DNA of 18,549 nucleotides from Paraspadella gotoi (lineage: Eukaryota; Animalia; Chaetognatha): the NCBI GenBank assembly GCA_051294375.1, contig JBJCIZ010000119.1, positions 1-18,549 of the forward strand, read 5' to 3'. Position 1 is the stretch's first letter. Each line of letters starts with the position of its first letter. Both the position numbers and the translations under genes were made by a program. The notes under the pieces are model-generated. The model had not been told where the DNA came from and did no database searches. It saw only the letters and a program-made list of their open reading frames with translations. Shown piece by piece: positions 10,186 to 18,549 of this stretch.

Positions 10186-10434
10186 GAAAGGGAGAGAGAA
10201 ATAGAAGGGAGAGAGAGCCGTTCCAGGGGGCAGGCAAATTCATCCCCTGGGGGTTTTTCTAGCCCCTGGGGGATTCCCCCTGGAGTGGCCCCTTGGGGCC
10301 TAAAAAAAGAGGCTACAGGGGGCCGCCCCCAGGCAGTAAGGATTTGCTTGCCCCCCGGGGCCGCCCCGCGGGGCCACCCCGCGGAGCCGCCCCTAGCAGC
10401 GCCCCCGGGGGAGGCGATTCTGAAGGATGACATA
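9216..10434. mobile_element. Non-autonomous TIR DNA transposon with GC-rich subterminal repeats
   Basis: TATGTCATC (9216-9224) / GATGACATA (10426-10434); inverted GC-rich arms ~9235-9440 and ~10220-10417 with many CCCCWGGGG motifs; mirrored (CT)n and (AG)n tracts inside. Confidence 0.6.
10021..10120. repeat. AT-only minisatellite (~19-bp unit ATTTTAATAAATTAATAAA)
   Basis: About five tandem units. Confidence 0.85.
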
Positions 10435-10435
10435 C

Positions 10436-10750
10436 TTGGTCTGTTCAGCTTCTTTCTCTCTCTCTTTCTCTCTCTTTCTCTCTCTTTCTGTCTCTTTCTC
10501 TCTTTACGATCTTTTGCGTGATCGTTCGTTTTTTGAAAAATTCTGATTATTTTTTTTCTTCTAAAAACTTTTATTATTGCCATTTATTCAGCGCTTTTTT
10601 CTCAATTCAAAATCCGAGATTTTCCTGGAATAAGTGAAGAATAATTTATAATGCCATGCAATGTCACATGTGCTTCTGCTAATGTAAAAAAAACAATCTA
10701 AAAGTTCATTCAAGATTAAAATTTTTTAAAATGAGGAAAGAAAATTTTTT
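10436..10750 (+). repeat. Fragment of the Helitron-like modular family
   Basis: GTCTGTTCAGCTTCTTTCTCTC..TACGATC..TTTTGAAAAATT..AAAACTTTT..GCCATTT is shared with ~2465-2620 and ~13385-13620. Confidence 0.7.
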
Positions 10751-11017
10751 TTGATAAGTAAAAAAAATATTTGGAAGTCAAAAATATCATAGTCGTTACC
10801 TGAGTATTGTCAACTATATATTTTGTTAATAGAAATTATAATTTTTTGACCGTTATTATTGAAAATATTTTCGCGTTTTCACGTTTATACAATCAATATT
10901 AATCTCATTCATTTTCAATAATATGCAAAAAAAAAAGGTTTTCAACATCATTTTGAACTAGATGAACAAAAGACTTCAGTCTTATTTCAATTGAAAAAAA
11001 AATAGAAAGTTAATCAC

Positions 11018-12478
11018 TAGAGCGTTCAAATATAACAAAATATAAGATATTAAATTCTATTCATAATTATTTTATTGTAATAAGGTCTGAAGAATTCGAT
11101 GGTGATGACCATTTTTTTGTATAATTTCATCTTTCTTGTCGGAAATGACGATTTTTAATGTATATAAAAATGTTAATAAAAATATGGCAAATATTATAAG
11201 TTATGATAAATCAAATTATTAATTTTTTTAAAAATTTACATGAGCTTTTGAAATATAAAAATAAAGACCTATAAAAATATTTTGATAAATTAATTTCTCA
11301 ATTTTATGTTTTATTAAAAGTAAGTTAGCTATATTTATTAATAATTATAAATAAAATTAGGCCAAAGTTAAAAAATATTAATTTAAAAATTTTTAAACCC
11401 GGAATCGCATTCCTTGCAAAAAGTTGATATATAGAAAATATAATTTTTATTAAAAAATTATGCAATTAAGTTAGTCAAAATTTAGAAAAACTATAATTTT
11501 AAACCAAAAATGGTTAAATTAAACAAAAATCATAGTTTTTAACATTTTTAACCAATAAAGAAAAACATCGATTTGGGAAACAGTGCTAATTTTATTTAGA
11601 CCATGCATTCAAACCAATTTAGCTGGTTCATTATTCAAGGCCAGAGAAATTGTGGTGAGGTAAAAAATTATTTACAATAAGAGAAGGTGAGAGGAAGAGG
11701 AGGAGACTCAGAGAGAGAGAAAGAGAGAGAGAGAGAAAACTTTCAACCAAAAAGGGATTAATCCCTCATCCCCCCTCCCCCCTTGTTCTTCGTCCGGGAT
11801 GTAGGTGGTCCAGGATTGGCTTCCATGCATCTGTTTTCACGTATGCTCCTTTGTCTTCGTTGAGCCCTTTGCCTGGTCCACAATTTCTCTGGCCTTGAAT
11901 AATGAACCAGCTAAATGGTTTGAATGCATGGTCTAAATAAAATTAGCACTGTTTCCCAAATCGATGTTTTTCTTTATCAAACTACTCGGTGCATGAGATG
12001 ACACTTAACAATTTTTAACCAAATTAATGAAAGAATTTGTTAAAATAGATTTTACTTTCTTATATCAACTTTTTGCAAGGAATTCAAATCTGGTTTTAAA
12101 ATTTCAAAATATTTATTTTTTCACTTTAGCCTATTTTTAACTACTAATTAATTAATAAATATAGCTAACAAGCTGTAAATAAAATATAAAATTTATAAAT
12201 AAACTTACCGAAATATTTTCATGGGTCTTTATTTTCATATTATATGAGCTAATATGAATTTTATAAAATTTTAAATGATTTTAGTTTTTCATACTCTACA
12301 ATGGTTGCGCCATTTTAATAGCACCTTATATGCTTCAAAAATCGCCATTGGCGACAAGGAAGATGAAACTATACCAAAAAAATGGTTATCATCATCAAAT
12401 TCTTCAGACCTTATTACATTAAAACAATAATGTATGAAATTAAAATATGTTTATATTTTGTTATCTTTGAACGCTCTA
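11018..12478. mobile_element. hAT-type non-autonomous foldback element with long TIRs
   Basis: TAGAGCGTTCAAA...TTTGAACGCTCTA termini; perfect 8-bp TSD TTAATCAC (11010-11017, 12479-12486); diverged inverted arms ~11018-11500 and ~12010-12478. Confidence 0.9.
11555..11977. repeat. Near-perfect ~100-bp inverted repeat with 222-bp spacer, nested in the hAT element
   Basis: 11555-11655 is the reverse complement of 11878-11977 except for one indel. Confidence 0.9.
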
Positions 12479-12687
12479 TTAATCACACTCTAACAAAACA
12501 ATTTTATTTCTATCACGCTACTTTTTTCTTAATACAAAATCCTAAATTTATTTCAGATTTTCGTGGAATTTTAAAAAACTTATATTATTATTTTATTATT
12601 CTCTCTACATTTCCTCTTTCAATCACTCTCTGTCTCTCTCTGTCTCTCTCGCTCTCTCTCTCTCTCTCTTTCTCTCTCTCTAATTAA

Positions 12688-12915
12688 ATCATCACGTCAA
12701 TGAATGACAAGCATCGCATCAATGAATGACTATCATCGCATCAATGAATGACTATCATCCAATCAATGAAGGACTATCATCGCATCAATGAATGATTATC
12801 ATCGCATCAATGAATGACTATCATCGCATCCATCATTTGGTTATCATCGCATCAATCCTTCGGTTATCATCGCATCAATATTTGGTTATCATCGCATCAA
12901 CATTTGGTTATCATC
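12688..12915 (+). repeat. 21-bp tandem array (ATCATCGCATCAATGAATGAC-type, drifting to ATCATCGCATCAATATTTGGTT-type)
   Basis: About 11 head-to-tail units with no unique spacers. Confidence 0.9.
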
Positions 12916-13117
12916 AAAAGTAGGCTCGATCCCTATTGCTTTTAAGATTTTTTTATTACATTTGTTTGAATTTCCACTTCATTATGATTTACTGCAATAT
13001 GCAAATGAGATTATAGTACTCATTATAATATCCAAATTAGTATATAGAAATGCTTTAATCTAATTTACATATTGCAGTATATAATATTGAAGATGAAACT
13101 CAAAAATTTTTTTTATA

Positions 13118-13630
13118 TCTATAATAAAAATGGGAAATCAAAGGACCTTTTTAATGAGAAGCTATATCTTAATTTTAATACAAATAAAAATAAAATCTTT
13201 TACAAGCTATGATTTGAAATAATTGTAACAATTTCCAATTGTAAACAATTATAACATTTTTTTCCTTTCTTTTATTTCTTTAAATTATATATATATATTT
13301 TTTTATTTTTGTCAGTTGCTGCCTCTTCTGAACCCTTTAAAAACGAGTTCAGGCTCTGCAGTGATTGTACAACTGCCTTCCAGCGGCTGTCCAGCTTTCT
13401 CTCTTTCTCTCTCTCTCTGTCTGTCTCTTTCTTTCTCTTTTTGTCTCTCTCTGTCTCTCTGTCTCTGTCTCTTTCCCTCTCTCTGTACGATCTTTTGCAT
13501 GATCATTTTTTGAAAAATTTTGATTATTTTTTTCCTTTTAAAAACTTTTATTACCGCCATTTATTCTGCGCTTTTTTCTCAATGCAAAATCCCAAATTTA
13601 CATCCGAGATTTTCGTGGATTTATTCTCTT

Positions 13631-13661
<31 letters not shown>

Positions 13662-14159
13662 TTCACTCATACACGCATTTGTTTATTTTATTTATGATGA
13701 GTGATTCATTGCATCAATGAATGACTATCATCACATCAATGAATGACTATCATTGTATCAATGAATGATTATCATCACATCAATGAATGACTATCAACGC
13801 ATCAATCATTTGGTTATCATCACATCGATTATTTGGTTATCATCGCATCAATATTTGATTATCATCGCAACAATCATTTGGTTATCATCGCATCAATATT
13901 TGGTTATCATGGAAGATAGGCGAGATCCTATTCTTTTAAGATTTTTTAAATAAAAATTATTATGAATTATGATAAAATTTTACAAAAGTGTGTGATCATA
14001 GTAAGTTAAAAATTTAGATATGGCTTCTCATCCTGAACTAGCTTTGATATTTTCTTATTACATTTGGATTTAAGTATTTTTTGTTTGAATTTCCACTTCA
14101 TTATGATTTACTGCAATATGCAAATGAGATTATAGTACTCATAATAATATCTAAATTAG
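13118..14159 (+). mobile_element. Apparently complete ~1.04-kb non-autonomous Helitron-like element
   Basis: A|TC start, TTAG|T end preceded by a short ATGAG..CTCAT hairpin, no TSD. The 5' end is shared with 1496 and the 3' end with the copy ending at 13040. Contains CT microsatellites and a 21-bp array (~13703-13910). Confidence 0.55.
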
Positions 14160-14478
14160 TATCATCGAAGGAAAAACTCATGGATTTCTATGGTCGTAAA
14201 TGAAACGGGATTTATTCTGAGAATAATACAATGACGGTGGAGACACACACAGGAGTCAGATCAATTCTACTGAAACTAAAGAAAGCTAGGTCTATTTATA
14301 TCTGGAGAAGAGGATCAGAGGCATGGGCTATTTTTACAATTTCATGGTTTCTGCAAGCTGATGGTCGAGGCCGATTCCGTCTCGGACCAATCATGATTCG
14401 GCGATTCCATATCGCGGAGATTTCCCGATCCTCCGATCCGTTTCTACTTTGAGTAGGATTTGTTATTCTGCGATGTGA
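14160..14478 (-). repeat. Probable 3' LTR of the Gypsy element
   Basis: Follows PPT AGGGGAGGGGGGG (14479-14491); minus-strand TATAAATA (14293-14300) then AATAAA (14211-14216); imperfect terminal repeat TATCATCG..CGATGTGA. Boundaries uncertain without the second LTR. Confidence 0.6.
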
Positions 14479-14541
14479 CCCCCCCTCCCCTATGAGCGCG
14501 GGAAGGGTCAGTTGACCGTGCGAGGTCTGAAAACTTGTCTG

Positions 14542-16045
14542 TCAGATTCTAGCTGGGATTCCATGGGCCGGCGTCTTCGGTGACAGATCAAGCAGGCAAG
14601 GAAAATCAACACCGTGATTAAATGATATGATTAGTATTGGGATGAGATTTGTAGCGTCAGGTAGCCAATCCCATTCTGGCATTTTTCCGAAGAGCTTTTT
14701 CATGCTGGAGTAAGTGGATCCATGTCTGTAATTGTCCATGTTATTGCTAAAGTCTTGGACCTTTGCTTGGTAATTATGGTGCTGGTTGAGGATCCTGGAT
14801 TCTTAAAAATGGGTCTGTTTCTGTGGTGATGAGGCTTTTGGATTTGGGATGTTGGAGAGAGTTTCCGTGTAATTGTGAAATGTTGCCTGACCTTGTTTTG
14901 TATGTACCGAGTTGCATATAAATAAGCGGTGGATCGCAATTTTGTTTGCATTGAGCTTTCCACGAGGTGATGATAGATGGCATGACGATAGACGTCCTTG
15001 CCTCTGAATTTCACGGGGAGATCTTTGTAACAAGCTTTCGTTTTTCGTGTATGTCTAGTGTGAGGTCCCACTTGGCTGTTACTAACAGTTCGCCGCGGAG
15101 AAGTGCGATGTGCCTCTTTCGATGAAAGCGATGGATGAAGGGTCGGCGTGCGCTTTTGAAGCGATGGCTCTTGCTTCTTCTACTTTTATTTTGCATATTT
15201 CTTTTCGTAATGTCTTAGTTAGCGCTTCGAGTTCTTCGTGGTTCTTCTTACCAAGCTCCGAAAAATTTTTGGCTAATGAGTAAATAAGCTCCTCGTCCCT
15301 TGGCAGGTCAGGTGTTACATCGCTGATGTAGTAAAAATGAGGAGATGAGGTTCTCTGAGCATCCATTCCACATTTGGGCATTTCATGAGTGTTGCCCAAT
15401 AAACGTAGGGCGAATGGTGGACTCATTTCTGAATCACAGATTGGCGAGCATCTTTCGTAGTTGTCCTCGGGGACAGTGTCGAACTTGAAGTCGTGTAGAC
15501 AAGCTCTCCAGCATTGTCCAAAACCCAAATTAATTTCTTTGCATTGGCTGCAGGGGTAGTTTCCCCCGTCGTTGGGTGCAGTTCTTTAGCGCCCTTTCTC
15601 TGTCTTTAGGACCAAGCGATCTTATGAAGCCGTCTTTCGTTCGTTTGACTGGGCCAGCGAATGCTCTCCTGGCTCTGCAAGCCTTTTCTTTCCAAACAAG
15701 GATGCCGCCTGGGTAAGTGCATTCTTGTGCAATTTTGTTGCAATGAGTTTTTAACAGCAGTTCTTCAGTGCTTGCAACATCGATCTTTTGTTTGTAGAGG
15801 GTGACGTTGATGATGACTTCCGCCCTCTCTCCGTCGTAGATGAGATCGTGGAATAATAATTTTTCGCCTGAACAATAACCATCTGCGTCTGTGGTGCCTA
15901 CGACGACCTTGTGGAGCGTGGTTCCTAGTTTCAAACTAGGCAAAGGGATCGCCCGCATGACGCCACCTTTGTCTGCGATCTTTATTGGCGCCTTTTCCAA
16001 TGTCACTCGGATGCCTTTATGCATATTAAGGCATCGTGTTGGATT
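14542..16045 (-). pseudogene. env-like glycoprotein resembling chuvirus-type glycoproteins; frameshifted, N-terminus missing
   Basis: Collinear motifs CLNMHKG, GTTDADGYCSG, C..IAQECTYPGGILVW..C, FALR..CG..RTSSP, EICK..DPSSIAF, LRGELL, CYKDLPV, C..PLIY across ORFs 15530-16024, 15082-15528, 15011-15196, 14700-15071 and 14774-14983; hydrophobic end in 14542-14739. Confidence 0.7.
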
Positions 16046-16680
16046 TCATGAGGGGACATGTCGGTTTTCCAACTGACAATGGGCGTGGCGTTTAACAATA
16101 ACATTAACTGCGGGAGTAGTCCGAGCCAGTTGTTTGGTTGGTCCTCTATGGCTTTGCGTAAGGCTTGCCTGATCCTTCCAAAATCTCTTTCAGCTCTATT
16201 GCTGTTTTTCCTTCCCACTAAGACTTTTCGGCCAACAATGTCTAGCAGATTTAGGATTGATTTCATTGTTGACCCGTTTAACTGAGTAGCGCCATCGAAA
16301 TTAACTTCGAGGTAGGATCCGTGGCGAAGAAAGATGTTTTCGTCTAATGCTTTGACGACGCTATCGGCGTCAGCTCGTTTGAGCGGGATTACCCATGTAT
16401 ACGCAGATGCATTGTCTGATGCGATGAGAGCGTATTTATAACCGGAAACGGTCGGGAGATGCATCACGTCGATGCATAAGGATTCCCATGGTGAGATGGC
16501 GAGATTTGACGTTGGCGGCGTCTCATTGTTCATCAGTGGCCATGGCGCAATTATTGCAGTTTCTTACCACCTTCGCTGCTGCGGTTGTTAATCCGGGTGC
16601 TGAGATGTATTGGGCCGTGATGAAAGCTGTCCTGTCTCGTCCGGGGTGTCCGAAATAATTATGCAAGCATTTCGTTATCA
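16003..16680 (-). pseudogene. Gypsy-type integrase (HHCC zinc finger + rve DDE core)
   Basis: HNYFGHPG...CNNC at 16547-16663 (frame not in the ORF track), then PWESLCID, YALIASD, FDGATQL, SNRAER, NWLGLLPQL, NATP, SPHEI in ORF 16003-16533. Confidence 0.92.
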
Positions 16681-17371
16681 TCTCGGCCTTTTCAGGAGGA
16701 ACTACGAATCTGTGTGTGGGCGTGTCACCTTTGAAACCTTTAATAATAAGGATGTCGTCTGGGGTGACCTCGAGATCATCAAGGCAATTTGAGAGATATC
16801 TCTCGGCGGCGTTCTTTCCTTTTTCTTTCTTTCTTTCGAGGAGGATCTTTGCTTTTTCTTTGTTTACTTTTTTTATTTCATTTATTACGTTTTGGAAAGA
16901 TTCGTTTGGCCTGTTGCCATTTCTTTACTTCTTGCGCCATTGGGATTAATGAGAAGGCCTTTTTGTGCGGATTTTGGATTTCATCTTCAACTTCTCTTGG
17001 AGTGACGTCAATATTTGCTTCCATGGCGCTGTCGATGATTACTTCTTCTTCTGCTCCTGGCCAATTAATGGGGAATTTTTCGATTACCTCATTGGTAGGG
17101 TGTTTTTTGCCTTGTATGGGGATCGTTGTGAGACCTTCAAGGTTTATATGCAATAAATCCGGTGGTGCTTCGCTTGCATGCCTTGTTTCTATTTGGTCTT
17201 GGATATTTATATTTAACAAATCGGCCGGGGCTTCGCTGATGTGCCTTGTTTCTTTTTCTTGCTTTTTTGGTCTTCCCCTATTTTCGTGGAACTTTAGGTT
17301 TCCCAATTCAATGATCTTTAAGTCGTTGGGTATAATTGGGCGTAGTTGATTTGCTCTGTCAGAATCGCCAA

Positions 17372-17760
17372 CTAAGCTGACTTGCCCGGTGATCGTTCTA
17401 AAAATTTTATTGTCCGGTTTGTTTTGCTTGTTTTGTAATGTCGTTCATACTTGCATCCGGTTTGACTTATATTATCTTCGTCAAGCATGACGATGTTAAT
17501 GCCGGTCATTTTGGCTAGCATTTCGAGTTCGGGGTGGCCAAGGGTCCAATTTTTTGATGATATTGTGCGGATAAATGTGTCTGCATCCCTCGTCTTTGTT
17601 TTGCCATACAATTTTTCCATGTTTTTTTTTTGTCAAAGCTTTGTCTCGTGAACTCGAAAAACCTTGTTCTGAAGACCTTTGTCTCTTGTTCAAGTAGCTG
17701 TGCCATCAGGGTAAGTGTTTGGGCATGGCCTGTGATGAGGTCGAGGTGATTTAACATCTC
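17372..17760 (-). pseudogene. OTU-like domain within pol
   Basis: ITGHAQTLTLMAQLL..FRTRFFEF / FIRTISSKNWTLGHPELEMLAKMTGINIVMLD..IKFL follows the OTU consensus spacing; catalytic Cys and His not seen. Confidence 0.5.
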
Positions 17761-17869
17761 ATCGTTCTCAGCTGGGTTTTCGGCATATCCAGGTTCATAT
17801 CTGCCTTCTACATCAAACCCAGCAGGGAAAAAAGGAGTGTCCAGGGGAGTGATCTGTCCTTGATCGGTG

Positions 17870-18248
17870 AATCGGGTAAGGAAATCGGCCGCATTATCCT
17901 CACTTTTTACTAGCACAACTTATTTTGGTTGGCTCTCTTGTTTTATCTCCGTTATCCATCGGAGGACGTTTGTGGGAAGCAACTGTTGTTTGTCGTGCTG
18001 GAGATCCATTACTCTTTTGAAATATTGAGAATCTGTTACCAAGGTGACTCTCCGGCCGCATGTGTAACCTTTGTACTTCCTCACCATCATGTTGAAGGCC
18101 AGGGTCTCGAGGACGTTGATATGTTTAATTCGATATTCCTCGGGGAATGACTTGGAGTGGAATGAGAGTGGGTACTCAACTCCGTCGGCCGTAGCTGTGA
18201 TCAATCCACCCATTGTTGTGGTGGATGCATCAGCGTAGATTTTGTATG
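17870..18248 (-). pseudogene. Ty3/Gypsy RNase H
   Basis: IYADASTTTMGGLI, PLSFHSK, INVLETLA, LVTDSQ, VLRW, then VKSEDNAADFLTR in ORF 17515-17916. Confidence 0.92.
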
Positions 18249-18258
18249 NNNNNNNNNN
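18249..18258. other. Assembly gap (10 N) between RT and RNase H
   Basis: Run of N; the RT C-terminus/connection region is missing across it. Confidence 1.
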
Positions 18259-18287
18259 CATTTGAGGACGACGTTTTCGTCTCTACA

Positions 18288-18549
18288 TTAATGTAATAGT
18301 TCATGGAGTCTTTCGGCCATGTCTTCCGCTGATTTGGCAGTAAGGATAAGATCGTCGACGTAAACTAAGAAACTTTTTACGTCTCTCCCAAGGTCCTTGA
18401 AAATCTCATCGAGAATAGCTTGTAAGACATTTACGCTGTTCACACCTCCCATTGGGAGTTTATTCATCCACCAATTGTCCAGCACCAGCGAAGGTAGTGA
18501 CTCGTTTGCACCAGAGATGTGGACGCGATCCGGAAAGCGAAACCGAACA
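18288..18549 (-). pseudogene. Reverse transcriptase fragment
   Basis: KRVTTF (shifted frame), LPMG..NS, VYVDDLIL. Confidence 0.93.

Larger units (their letters stand above)
14160..18549 (-). mobile_element. Degenerate Ty3/Gypsy-type LTR retrotransposon with env-like gene (5' part outside window)
   Basis: Domain order RT-RH-INT, then glycoprotein-like ORFs, PPT and LTR; many frameshifts. Confidence 0.9.

Noticed and set aside
9169-10583. ORFs 9169-9468, 9276-9488, 10101-10583, 10285-10521
   Set aside because: Produced by GC-rich repeats and CT/AG microsatellites; no protein-like features.
12688-13910. 21-bp repeat arrays as CRISPR
   Set aside because: Units are head-to-tail with no unique spacers, there are no cas genes, and the context is eukaryotic TE sequence.
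12382-13953. ORFs with SLSLSL, RERERE or IIWLSSHQ repeats
   Set aside because: Translations of microsatellites and the 21-bp array.
15891-18150. Plus-strand ORFs over pol/env
   Set aside because: Antisense shadows of the minus-strand coding frames.

Overview
AT-rich eukaryotic (probably invertebrate) genomic DNA made almost entirely of nested transposable elements, with two assembly gaps and no intact host gene. (1) 14160-18549 (-): a frameshifted Ty3/Gypsy-type LTR retrotransposon ordered RT - RNase H - ~1.2 kb extra region with an OTU-like domain - HHCC/DDE integrase - env - PPT - LTR. The env Cys/Gly/Trp pattern resembles chuvirus-type glycoproteins. (2) 4467-7348 (-): an internally deleted BEL/Pao element. 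Its primer-binding position is not tRNA-like (no TGG) but is perfectly complementary over 10 nt to a site in its own LTR, as in Tf1-type self-priming. (3) A third LTR (7349-7718) interrupts the BEL 5' LTR and is followed by an opposite-strand, probably spliced small membrane-protein pseudogene. (4) A hAT-type foldback element with an 8-bp TSD (11018-12478) and a near-perfect inner inverted repeat, a GC-rich TIR element (9216-10434), several copies of a modular Helitron-like repeat with 21-bp tandem arrays, a DINE-1/HINE-like repeat, a probable solo LTR and a tRNA-derived SINE-like head. All protein-family calls come from motif recognition by eye; no searches were run.
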